The position numbers and the translations under genes are program-made. This document shows, one piece after another, positions 49,675-58,136 of a DNA stretch of 64,000 nt. The stretch covers positions 212-64,211 of the forward strand of contig CABWZY010000001.1 in NCBI GenBank assembly GCA_902510055.1. Direction: 5' to 3'. This stretch comes from an uncultured Candidatus Actinomarina sp. (lineage in GTDB: Bacteria; Actinomycetota; Acidimicrobiia; Actinomarinales; Actinomarinaceae). How positions within the stretch are numbered: position 1 is the first letter of the stretch; the number at the start of each line of letters is the position of its first letter. The notes beneath the pieces are model-generated. The model searched no databases and had not been told where the DNA came from. It worked only from the letters and a program-made list of their open reading frames with translations.

Positions 49675-49698
49675 AAAAGGGGCTTTTCAGCCCCTTTT
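49675..49698 (-). terminator. Intrinsic terminator/attenuator between the binding-protein and permease genes
   Basis: AAAAGGGGC-TTTTCA-GCCCCTTTT forms a GC-rich 9-bp stem followed by a U-rich tract on the minus-strand transcript. Confidence 0.7.
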
Positions 49699-49720
49699 AC
49701 AAAATTAGTAAGGTAATTAA

Positions 49721-50785
49721 TTACCTTGCTGGAGGTGCGTAAACCAATCCTCCGTTGTTCCAATAGTCGTTATAACTACCTTCTCTGTAGAGACCTAATG
49801 GATTTAGGTTTCTTGAAAAGATTTCGTCATAGTTTCCTATTTGCTTTACAACGTTGTAGTAAGCATCTGCACTTAGACCCATCTTTGTTTGAAGCTCTCC
49901 ATCGTTCTTACCGAACAATCTACCCATTTCTGGGGCAGCATCATAATCAAATGAATCAATGTTAGCTCTAGTTACACCATACTCATCAGCGATGATTGTA
50001 GCGTAAACAGTCCAGTTAACAATGTCAGCCCATTGGCTATCATTTGATCTATATGTTGGACCTAATGGCTCTTTAGAAATTGGTGATGCTGGGAAAATTG
50101 CCCAGTCATTAAGAGCGTCATTAACTGCTCTTCTACCAACTAATCCTGAACCGTCAGTTGTTACTATGTCGCACTCACCTGCGATGAACTTGTCAATAGC
50201 TTCTGAGAAAGCTTCAACTGTTACTAGTTCAATTGTTGCTCCTACAAGTCCAGCACCTTCTGTAATATTCTTTTCAGTTGTGGTACCAGCGTTTGTACAT
50301 ACTCTTAATCCATCAACGTCAGCAAGAGTTGAGCTATCTGACAATCCGTCAGACTTTCTACCCATCAATTGTTGACCATCATAGTAAGTGGTCGGACCAA
50401 AGTCATTACCCAATTCGGTATCACGGCTTTGAGTCCAAGTTGTATTTCTAATCAATACGTCTATTTCACCAGCGCTAAGTGCTGTAAATCTTTCAGCAGC
50501 AGTAAGTTGCTTAAATTCAACTTTACTGTAATCACCGAAAACAGCAGCAGCAACTGCATAGCAATAGTCAACGTCGAATCCTGAATAAGATCCGTCGTCA
50601 GCTACTTCTGTAAATCCAGTTGCACCGGTGCTAACACCACACTTAAGAAATCCTCTAGCTTGGACCTCTTCGAGTGTAGTCATAGCGACTTCTTCAACTA
50701 CTTCTTCAACAGCGTCATCTGTGCCTCCACAAGCGACAGCTATCATTGAAAGAACTAGCAAAGAAACGATTGCTTTTTTACTCAA
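49721..50785 (-). CDS. aapJ: General L-amino-acid ABC transporter substrate-binding lipoprotein (AapJ/BztA-like)
   Basis: It has a lipobox (IAVACGG) and an AapJ-like core (GFLKCGVS..., IDVLIRNTTWT). It has a TTG start after GGAGAAAACA. Confidence 0.85.
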   Translation of the reverse strand: MSKKAIVSLLVLSMIAVACGGTDDAVEEVVEEVAMTTLEEVQARGFLKCGVSTGATGFTEVADDGSYSGFDVDYCYAVAAAVFGDYSKVEFKQLTAAERFTALSAGEIDVLIRNTTWTQSRDTELGNDFGPTTYYDGQQLMGRKSDGLSDSSTLADVDGLRVCTNAGTTTEKNITEGAGLVGATIELVTVEAFSEAIDKFIAGECDIVTTDGSGLVGRRAVNDALNDWAIFPASPISKEPLGPTYRSNDSQWADIVNWTVYATIIADEYGVTRANIDSFDYDAAPEMGRLFGKNDGELQTKMGLSADAYYNVVKQIGNYDEIFSRNLNPLGLYREGSYNDYWNNGGLVYAPPAR

Positions 50786-50918
50786 TGTTTTCTCCTTTTA
50801 TATAAAAGTTGACAAGTCCATCGAACCGCCCTGTTAAAGTCGGTTGAACCGTCATATGTTTAATTTAATGATATTTCAGCATAGTTCAACACTAAATCAA
50901 CTAATCTTTTGAAATTTG

Positions 50919-50948
50919 TTGCAAATATCCTATAAAACCATGTATTAT
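50919..50948 (+). promoter_or_regulatory. Possible purA promoter
   Basis: TTGCAA (50919-50924), 18 nt, then TATTAT (50943-50948). The RBS AAGGAGA lies at 50964-50970, before GTG 50974. Confidence 0.35.
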
Positions 50949-50973
50949 CGAATGTTGTAATCTAAGGAGAAAC

Positions 50974-52251
50974 GTGTCTACTACCGTTGTTTTAGGAGCC
51001 CAGTGGGGTGATGAGGGCAAAGGTAAAGTCACAGATTTTTTCGCTTCAAATGCCGATATGGTGGTCCGATTTCAAGGTGGTAATAATGCTGGTCACACTA
51101 TTGTCGTAAAAGATGAAACAATAAAACTTTCATTAACTCCCTCTGGTGTTTTGTATCCAGACTGTATACCTGTTATCGCTTCTGGCTGTGTTGTAGACCT
51201 TGGTTTCCTTATGGACGAACTAAAGATGCTCAAAGAGAAAAATGTTGATACTTCAAAATTAAAACTTTCATCAAATGCACATCTTATTATGCCTTACCAC
51301 AAACTCTTAGATGAGTTAATAGAAAACAAACTTGGTAAAAACATGATTGGAACAACAAAAAGAGGAATAGGTCCATGCTATGGAGATAAAATCCAAAGAT
51401 TAGGAATCAGAGTACAAGACTTGTTCGATGAAAAAATTTTTGAAGAAAAGGTTTCAGCAATTTTAGAAGAGAAAAATGAAATTATTACAAAAATATATAA
51501 TTCTACACCCTTCACTCTTGAAGGGATTTTAGAAGAATTTAACAGCTATAGAGATACTGTTAAAAAAATCATGATAGATACCTCTTTATTAATTTCAAAT
51601 GCAGTCAATGAAGGAAAAAATATACTTTTTGAAGGAGCGCAGGGAACATTGTTGGACATTGATCACGGAACTTACCCTTTTGTAACAAGTTCAAATACCA
51701 CATCTGGAAATGCTGCAATAGGCTCTGGGATTGGACCTCGTGATATTGAAAGAATTGTAGGAGTTACTAAAGCATACATATCAAGAGTAGGAACAGGACC
51801 TTTCTTGACCGAACAAGAAAACGAAATTGGTGATTACTTAATTGATAAAGGCGCTGAATATGGAGTAGTAACTGGGAGAAAAAGAAGATGCGGATGGTTA
51901 GACCTTGTCTCACTAAAGTATTCTGTAAGAGTTAACTCATTAACTGAATTATTTATTACAAAACTTGATGTACTTTCAGGCTTGAATGAATTAAAAGTAA
52001 ACGTTGCTTACGATATAAATGGCTCAGAAGTAAAAGATTTTCCAAGACAACAAAGAGTGTTACATGATGGTAAACCAATTTATAAAGCTTTAAAAGGTTG
52101 GGATGAAGATATAACAAATATAACGTCTTTTGAAGACCTTCCTGAAGAAGCTAAAGATTATATAAAGTTTATTGAAGATTTTATAAAAGTACCTATTACT
52201 TTTATTTCTGTTGGACCTGAAAGAAATCAAAATATAATAAGAGAGCAATGA
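50974..52251 (+). CDS. purA: Adenylosuccinate synthetase
   Basis: It has the QWGDEGKGK P-loop, GGNNAGHT, and full-length similarity. Confidence 0.95.
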   Translation: MSTTVVLGAQWGDEGKGKVTDFFASNADMVVRFQGGNNAGHTIVVKDETIKLSLTPSGVLYPDCIPVIASGCVVDLGFLMDELKMLKEKNVDTSKLKLSSNAHLIMPYHKLLDELIENKLGKNMIGTTKRGIGPCYGDKIQRLGIRVQDLFDEKIFEEKVSAILEEKNEIITKIYNSTPFTLEGILEEFNSYRDTVKKIMIDTSLLISNAVNEGKNILFEGAQGTLLDIDHGTYPFVTSSNTTSGNAAIGSGIGPRDIERIVGVTKAYISRVGTGPFLTEQENEIGDYLIDKGAEYGVVTGRKRRCGWLDLVSLKYSVRVNSLTELFITKLDVLSGLNELKVNVAYDINGSEVKDFPRQQRVLHDGKPIYKALKGWDEDITNITSFEDLPEEAKDYIKFIEDFIKVPITFISVGPERNQNIIREQ

Positions 52252-53525
52252 TAGAAAGATATTCTTCTGAAGAAATGTCCTCGATTTGGAGTGAGGACAA
52301 TAAAGTAGCGAAATGGGTAGATGTTGAAAAAGCAGTAATTGAAGTACTTGAAAAAGAAGAAATTACTCCAAAGGGACTGTCCAAACAACTAAATGAAGTT
52401 TCTGTATCTCATAATGAAGTCTTAGAAAGAGAGGCTGTTACAAACCATGATTTGGCTGCTTTTGTAGATGTATTACAAAGTAAGGTAAAAAATGACTCTA
52501 ATTGGATACATTATGGATTAACTAGTTCAGATATTGTTGATACTGCAAATGCTTTATTAATTAGAGACTCAATTAAGGTTCTCTCTGAAAAAATAAGTGA
52601 ACTAGTAAATTCATTAAAAAATAAAGCAATAAGTGAATCTGAAACAATTATTATTGGCAGAACTCACGGTGTTTATGCTGAACCTACAACTTTAGGTAAT
52701 ATATTTGGAAATTGGTGTCTTGAAGTTTCAAGAGGTTTGAGTAGGTTAAATTCAAGTTTAGAAATAATTAGTTATGGAAAAATTAGTGGTGCTGTCGGTA
52801 ATCATTCTCTAGTTTCTGAAGAACTAGAAAGTAAAATTCTTGAAAATCTGTCTCTAAAATCAGAGCCCCTTGCTTCACAGGTAGTTAGTAGGGACAGGTA
52901 TGCAGATTTATTTTCGAGTTTTTCAATAATTGCTGGTACATATGAAAGAATTGCAACAAATATAAGACATTATCAAAGATCTGAAGTTGGTGAAATGTTT
53001 GAATCATTCCAGGAAGGACAAAAAGGCTCTTCAGCAATGCCTCATAAAAAAAACCCAATTGGTTCTGAAAGAATTTGTGGATTAGCAAGAGTGGTTAGAG
53101 GAAATACACAAGCAAGTTACGAGACTATGGCACTTTGGCATGAAAGAGATATATCAAATTCTTCGGTTGAAAGAATTATTCTTCCGGATACATTTAAATT
53201 GATTGATTTTATGACAAGAGACTTGATTAATATTATTAACGACCTTGTTATTAATCATGAGAATATTGAATCAAACTTAAATTCTGCAAAAACACAACTT
53301 GGATCTCAAAAACTTCTTTCATTAATTGTGAGTAAAGGTAACTCACGTGATGAAGGTTATAAGTTTGTTCAAAATATTACACAAAATAATTTTTCTATAG
53401 ATGCAATTATTGAATCTACTTTGTCAGAATTTGATGATATATCAAAAGATGAAATTGAAAACTGTTTTAACTTAACAACGAATATAGATTCTAAAATAAT
53501 TGAAAAGAAGCTTAAAGAACTTTAA
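52248..53525 (+). CDS. purB: Adenylosuccinate lyase
   Basis: It has the fumarate-lyase signature GSSAMPHKKNP and an ATGA overlap with purA. Confidence 0.95.
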   Translation: MIERYSSEEMSSIWSEDNKVAKWVDVEKAVIEVLEKEEITPKGLSKQLNEVSVSHNEVLEREAVTNHDLAAFVDVLQSKVKNDSNWIHYGLTSSDIVDTANALLIRDSIKVLSEKISELVNSLKNKAISESETIIIGRTHGVYAEPTTLGNIFGNWCLEVSRGLSRLNSSLEIISYGKISGAVGNHSLVSEELESKILENLSLKSEPLASQVVSRDRYADLFSSFSIIAGTYERIATNIRHYQRSEVGEMFESFQEGQKGSSAMPHKKNPIGSERICGLARVVRGNTQASYETMALWHERDISNSSVERIILPDTFKLIDFMTRDLINIINDLVINHENIESNLNSAKTQLGSQKLLSLIVSKGNSRDEGYKFVQNITQNNFSIDAIIESTLSEFDDISKDEIENCFNLTTNIDSKIIEKKLKEL

Positions 53526-54210
53526 ATTGTTTAACTCTTTCAAAAAAAAATTTGAAGCTATAAAAAAAGACTATCAAGACTTGCCCATAGCAAATGAAAA
53601 TTTTATTGATGCTATTCTTGCACCTGTTTTTTTTGTAACAATTTCAAGATTTCAAGAACTACAAACTTCAATTTTGTTAACTGTAGGACTGATAGTGATT
53701 ACATTCTCATATAGAATCTTTAGAAAAGAATCATTAAAGAACTCTTTGATTGGTGTTGCTGGTACATCGATTGCACTTTTGATTGCTCAAATTCAAGGTT
53801 CTGCATCTGGATTTTTTCTTCCAGGAATAATTAGAGACTTAAGCGTTGCTGCAATTGGTTTTTTCTCTATTTTATTTGGAAGGCCTTTTACAATATACAC
53901 ATCAAAATCAATAAGGGGTTGGCCTTTAGAATGGTTTTTACACAAAAATGTAAAGCCAGCGTATAGAGAGGTTGCCCTTATATGGGTTGTTTTTCTAGGT
54001 ATTAAGGGTTTATTGCAGCTATATTTCTTTAATTCGCCTGAAATACTTGCAGTTATTAAATTAGCAACATCTAATCAAACAACTATATTTCTTCTTGTTG
54101 TGACATATATATATGGACAGAGGAGGTTGTTAAAACTTGGTGGTCCTAGCGTAGATGAGTTCTTAAATAAAACACCTCCTCCTTGGTCAAGCCAACAATC
54201 AGGATTCTAA
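53500..54210 (+). CDS. DUF3159-like actinobacterial membrane protein (start uncertain)
   Basis: It has 5-6 TM helices. The track start overlaps purB by 26 nt, so a downstream start is possible. Confidence 0.45.
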   Translation: MKRSLKNFKLFNSFKKKFEAIKKDYQDLPIANENFIDAILAPVFFVTISRFQELQTSILLTVGLIVITFSYRIFRKESLKNSLIGVAGTSIALLIAQIQGSASGFFLPGIIRDLSVAAIGFFSILFGRPFTIYTSKSIRGWPLEWFLHKNVKPAYREVALIWVVFLGIKGLLQLYFFNSPEILAVIKLATSNQTTIFLLVVTYIYGQRRLLKLGGPSVDEFLNKTPPPWSSQQSGF

Positions 54211-54229
54211 AAGTAGTAAAATTAAAATT

Positions 54230-55423
54230 ATGAATGAAGAACTATTAACAATATTATATTTTTTTGGGATAGGTTTCGGAGTATACGTTCTCTGCAGATA
54301 TGCATTCTTCCCAGGAATAAAGTTTTTAGCAAAAAAAACAACCACTATTCTCGATGATATTCTATTAGACAAAAAGTTTTTGAATAGATTTTCTCTTGTA
54401 ATAGTATTTTCTTCATTAAAAGTGTATATGGAGACAAGTGTTGGTTTGCCTTATTTCGATAGTTTTTCAGATAGAATAATTAATATTCTTTTAGCTATTT
54501 TTATAGGTCTAAGTATCTCAGAGTTTTTAACTTTAATAAATAAAATTTCTACACATTATGAAGCATTGAAAGACAAGCCAATTAAGGGCTACATACAAAT
54601 AGTAAAAATTGTACTCAATGCTTTTATCGTGATAATAATATTTGCTATTGGAACAGGCCAGTCAGTAGCTTATTACATAAGTGGACTTGGTGCTATTACT
54701 GCAATACTTCTATTAGTTTTTCAAGACACAATACTTTCATTTGTTGCTTCAGTTCAAATTGGACAAAATGACATTATAAATTTAGATGATTGGATTGAAG
54801 TTCCTGAGTATGGAGCTGATGGAGATGTAATAGACATCTCACTCCATACTGTAAAGGTTCAAAATTGGGATAAAACAATAACAACTATTCCAACTTCAAA
54901 AATAGTTACTAGTTCAGTAAAAAACTGGCGAGGTATGTCAGATTATGGAGGGAGAAGAATAAAAAGATCTATCTTGATTGATATATCTAGTGTTAGGTTT
55001 ATGGAAGAAAAAGATATTGATAAATTGAAACAACTTCCATCAATAAATAAATACTTGTCTGAAAAAATAAATGACATTGAAAATTACAATAATTCAGTAG
55101 ATGAAGAAAAAGAAAAAAGAAGACTTACTAATCTAGGAACCTTGAGAGCGTATCTTGTAAGCTATCTAAAAAATCATAATGATCTTAATACTGAAAGCAT
55201 GACTTTAATAGTTAGGCAGCTCTCCCCAACTTCTGAAGGTGTTCCTTTAGAGATCTATACATTTACAAATACAATTGATTGGGTTGAGTATGAAGGTATT
55301 CAATCTGATATTTTTGACCATATTTTTGCTGTATTGCCTAAATTTGGATTAAGAGCTTTCCAAGGTGGTACAGTAGAAGCTGCTGCTTCAAGAGGCCTTT
55401 CTATTAACGAACCTGAAATATAG
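54230..55423 (+). CDS. Mechanosensitive ion channel (MscS family)
   Basis: It has TM helices followed by the MscS beta-domain pattern (GDVIDISLHTVKVQNWDKTITTIPTS). Confidence 0.8.
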   Translation: MNEELLTILYFFGIGFGVYVLCRYAFFPGIKFLAKKTTTILDDILLDKKFLNRFSLVIVFSSLKVYMETSVGLPYFDSFSDRIINILLAIFIGLSISEFLTLINKISTHYEALKDKPIKGYIQIVKIVLNAFIVIIIFAIGTGQSVAYYISGLGAITAILLLVFQDTILSFVASVQIGQNDIINLDDWIEVPEYGADGDVIDISLHTVKVQNWDKTITTIPTSKIVTSSVKNWRGMSDYGGRRIKRSILIDISSVRFMEEKDIDKLKQLPSINKYLSEKINDIENYNNSVDEEKEKRRLTNLGTLRAYLVSYLKNHNDLNTESMTLIVRQLSPTSEGVPLEIYTFTNTIDWVEYEGIQSDIFDHIFAVLPKFGLRAFQGGTVEAAASRGLSINEPEI

Positions 55424-55441
55424 ACTTATTTTGCTCTTTCT

Positions 55442-57022
55442 TTAGTTCCAAGAGATATGATTCTGAATATGGTGATTATTCCAGGTTGAAGTCTTTTTCT
55501 TTGGAAAAGAGTAAATAATAAAACCTATTGCAATCATTATATAATTTAAATAATTTCCCCAAAGTGAATAAGGGGTGGAGTTAGTATATGCAATAAGTCT
55601 TCTAGTAGAAACAGCATTTGTGAATAATTCAGTTGAAGAATAAACTTTGCCATCAAACCCACTAATAAAAGCTGACTTACCTGTTATTGCAGCATGAACA
55701 ATATCACGATGATTCGAAACAGCATTAGCTCTAGACATAAGAATGAACTGATCAGACATCCCACTTTCTCCATAGCTTGCTTGATTTGTCAAAATAACAA
55801 TAACCTCTGCTCCTTCTTGGACACTTCTCCTTATATATCTTTCAAACGAACCTTCAAAAGAAATTACAGATGAAATTTTTATATTATTTTTACCAATAGA
55901 AAATATCTCCTGACCATTCCCACGAATCATATCTCTTGGAACTAAAGAAAGAGGAGGTATCCAGTCTAAATACTTCCTAAAAGGAATATATTCTCCAAAT
56001 GGTACTGGGTGTTGTTTTAAATACTCACCTGCTATTTTTCCTTTTTCATCAATATAAATTCCATAATTTTCAAAATAACTTGAGTCGACAGGCCTGTCTC
56101 CTCCAATCAAAAAAGAAGCATTAAGTCTTTTTACTTCCTGAGATATCTCATCTAATGTTTTTGCACTAATTCCTGGATCATTTCCAAAACCACTTGAACT
56201 CTCTGGCCAAACAATTAATCGAGGTTTTATTAATTCCTCTTCTAATGCTTCATAAGGAAATAACTGTTCTTTGCTTAATGACTTAGTTAAATTCAAATGA
56301 CTTTCATAAATCCTTTGTCTCTCATTTTCACATCTATTCTTTGCTCCAGGACATGGGCTGTTTCCTTGAATTATTGAAATCTCAATATCCCCTTGCTCTA
56401 CATCTCCTTTTCTTACTTCTCCCTCTGCAGCAAATCCGATCTCATAAACAAAAGACATAATTAATAGAAAAACTAAAATATTTCTACCCCTTAAAAATGA
56501 TTGTCTGTCATATTCATATTTTTTATTTTTGAAAGAAGTTATAAAGTTTAAAACCAAAGATAAAACTATAGATTGAATAACGAGCGAAAATCCTATTGGT
56601 CCAAATATTTTAAATGGTTGTTGAATAAAATCTATTAAAACAGTTGAGGGATACCCCCAAGGAAAGCCTCCAAATGGAAAATAAGCTCTTATTAAGTCAA
56701 ATACACTAATCACTGCTACCAAAATGAAAAAATTATTATCTGTTTTAAATCCAAAATAGGAAAGTGTTTTTCCAAAAACTCCATACATTAATCCCATTAA
56801 TATCGTTAACGGGACCCAGGCTTCGTAACCTATCGATTGAATACCAAATAAAATAACTCCATACGAAACAGAGCCAAATATAAACCCTGATAAAAAAGAC
56901 TTTTTGCTTCTTAGAACTGCTCCGAAGAAAATCCATAAAGCAGGAAATATCAAATACCAATAACCAAAAGGAGGAAAGCTCAAAAAGTACAAGACTCCAG
57001 AAAGTAATGATGAAATTAACAT
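55442..57022 (-). CDS. lnt: Apolipoprotein N-acyltransferase homolog (Ser at the catalytic Cys position)
   Basis: It has 8 TM helices plus a CN-hydrolase domain. The E (VWPES) and K (YLKQHPVPFGEYIP) triad members are present, but the ICYE motif reads ISFE (TCT at 55859-55861). Confidence 0.75.
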   Translation of the reverse strand: MLISSLLSGVLYFLSFPPFGYWYLIFPALWIFFGAVLRSKKSFLSGFIFGSVSYGVILFGIQSIGYEAWVPLTILMGLMYGVFGKTLSYFGFKTDNNFFILVAVISVFDLIRAYFPFGGFPWGYPSTVLIDFIQQPFKIFGPIGFSLVIQSIVLSLVLNFITSFKNKKYEYDRQSFLRGRNILVFLLIMSFVYEIGFAAEGEVRKGDVEQGDIEISIIQGNSPCPGAKNRCENERQRIYESHLNLTKSLSKEQLFPYEALEEELIKPRLIVWPESSSGFGNDPGISAKTLDEISQEVKRLNASFLIGGDRPVDSSYFENYGIYIDEKGKIAGEYLKQHPVPFGEYIPFRKYLDWIPPLSLVPRDMIRGNGQEIFSIGKNNIKISSVISFEGSFERYIRRSVQEGAEVIVILTNQASYGESGMSDQFILMSRANAVSNHRDIVHAAITGKSAFISGFDGKVYSSTELFTNAVSTRRLIAYTNSTPYSLWGNYLNYIMIAIGFIIYSFPKKKTSTWNNHHIQNHISWN

Positions 57023-57059
57023 ATGCTCATATCTTAGTAATTACAGATAACGAAATAAA

Positions 57060-57794
57060 TTAAAAAATATTTCTAGATATAACAACTAATCCTGAAATGA
57101 TTGAAAACCAAATAACTCCATTAGAAATTACTTTGTCTGAAACCTTCATGAATAATTTAGACGAGAGGCTTATTCCAAGAAATGTTGGAATAATCATATA
57201 TAAAAACAAAAAAAAGTGATCTTGATATATTCGACCATCTATTAGTAAAAGAGTTAATGTAATAAGTATCCCGAATGTAAAAACCGCATTCAAAGATGGT
57301 CTAAATTCTTTCCCTTTTGTATCTCTATATAATATTGCTATAGGAGGTCCTCCAACACCTGCAATCATTGCAAAAATGCCTGAAAACATTCCTGCATTAA
57401 ATGAATTCCTAAAATTCCTTTCTAAAGTCCAGCCAAAATAAGAAGCAAGACCAGCAAATAAGACTATCGCACCAACAGTTATTGATAAGATTCTTTGTTC
57501 TAAATAGATTAAACAAAGTAGTCCTAAAGGACCTCCAACAAGCCTTCCAATTAATAAATACTTCATTGGAGACCATATAACCTGTGATCGTTCTCTTCTA
57601 AATATTTTTATCGTTAAGGGAAAAGCTAATAAGCTAAGTAAAGCTGGGACAAGTACAGGATCTATTTGGACAAGAATTGGAGAAGATATTACAGCAAAAC
57701 CATAGCCTAAAAGTCCTTGTATGTATGATGCAATAAATAATAAGGATGCAATAAAGACTAGTTCAAATATTGTTAAGTCGAATGGAATGTTCAA
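57060..57794 (-). CDS. TauE/SafE-family anion permease (DUF81)
   Basis: It is a polytopic 244 aa protein with duplicated glycine-rich TM motifs. Its TTG start overlaps the stop of the upstream selenoprotein gene in a TTGA junction. Confidence 0.75.
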   Translation of the reverse strand: MNIPFDLTIFELVFIASLLFIASYIQGLLGYGFAVISSPILVQIDPVLVPALLSLLAFPLTIKIFRRERSQVIWSPMKYLLIGRLVGGPLGLLCLIYLEQRILSITVGAIVLFAGLASYFGWTLERNFRNSFNAGMFSGIFAMIAGVGGPPIAILYRDTKGKEFRPSLNAVFTFGILITLTLLLIDGRIYQDHFFLFLYMIIPTFLGISLSSKLFMKVSDKVISNGVIWFSIISGLVVISRNIF

Positions 57795-58027
57795 CTAAGC
57801 GCTTTTTCGATTAAACCCAGTATCTCTCCGTCTTCAGTGTGCCTATCTGTTTCTATTTTTGAATAGAGCAAATCACCATTTAAATAAAATTCAAATTTGC
57901 CACCTGAAGTAGGTATTAAGTCGATAGATTTCACTTCTTGACCATATTTTTCTAAAATGTCTTCAACCGTACTAACTGCACGGGGTGTGTAGTTTCAGAC
58001 TACACAGAATTCTAGTTTGATTTCCAT
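57791..58027 (-). CDS. SelW/Rdx-family selenoprotein (CxxU), 78 codons, TGA = Sec at 57995-57997
   Basis: It translates to MEIKLEFCVV-TGA-NYTPRAVSTVEDILEKYGQEVKSIDLIPTSGGKFEFYLNGDLLYSKIETDRHTEDGEILGLIEKALS. The CxxU follows beta-1, and SGG.FE....G.L.YSK is the Rdx/SelW pattern. It is absent from the ORF track because the TGA splits it. A TGATAGTAT extended -10-like element ends 6 nt before the ATG, so the mRNA may be leaderless. Confidence 0.8.
57986..58006 (-). promoter_or_regulatory. 8-bp perfect hairpin presenting the Sec UGA in its loop, with a longer imperfect hairpin downstream (SECIS candidate region 57960-58006)
   Basis: The mRNA UGUGUAGU-CUGAA-ACUACACA has the UGA inside the 5-nt loop. 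Downstream, AACUAC...GUA(CG)GUU and CCGU...ACGG can pair in alternative ways. I folded it by hand only. Confidence 0.35.
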
Positions 58028-58076
58028 AATGAAATACTATCACAAGAAGATAGTAAATATAAAGTTTTGTAAAAGC

Positions 58077-58105
58077 TTGCATGCTACAAGTAAAGTTGTT
58101 AATCT
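58077..58105 (+). promoter_or_regulatory. Possible promoter of the mini-protein/copZA operon
   Basis: TTGCAT (58077-58082), 17 nt, then TAATCT (58100-58105). The palindrome would then cover the transcription start region. Confidence 0.35.
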
Positions 58106-58122
58106 TGTGAATATATTCACAA
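58105..58122. promoter_or_regulatory. 18-bp perfect palindrome containing an exact TGTGA-N6-TCACA core; candidate operator
   Basis: TTGTGAATATATTCACAA lies 14 nt upstream of ATG 58137, in the divergent region shared with the selW-like gene. Confidence 0.55.
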
Positions 58123-58136
58123 AGTAAAGGGAAGAA

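Noticed and set aside
50808-50850. A TTGACA-containing segment and short AACCG/CGGTT hairpin between aapJ and purA as a riboswitch or leader.
   Set aside because: The stem is only 5 bp and I recognised no conserved riboswitch core (purine, glycine, SAM and similar). A plain promoter plus 5' UTR is sufficient to explain it.
57795-58136. tRNA-Sec (selC) or another small RNA in the gaps next to the two Sec genes. I also checked 23578-23717, 24693-24840, 35982-36143 and 50786-50973.
   Set aside because: I found no cloverleaf-compatible sequence (no GTTC.A T-loop context with matching acceptor arms). The 57795-58136 gap is filled by the SelW-like CDS and promoter elements. The Sec machinery must lie outside the window.
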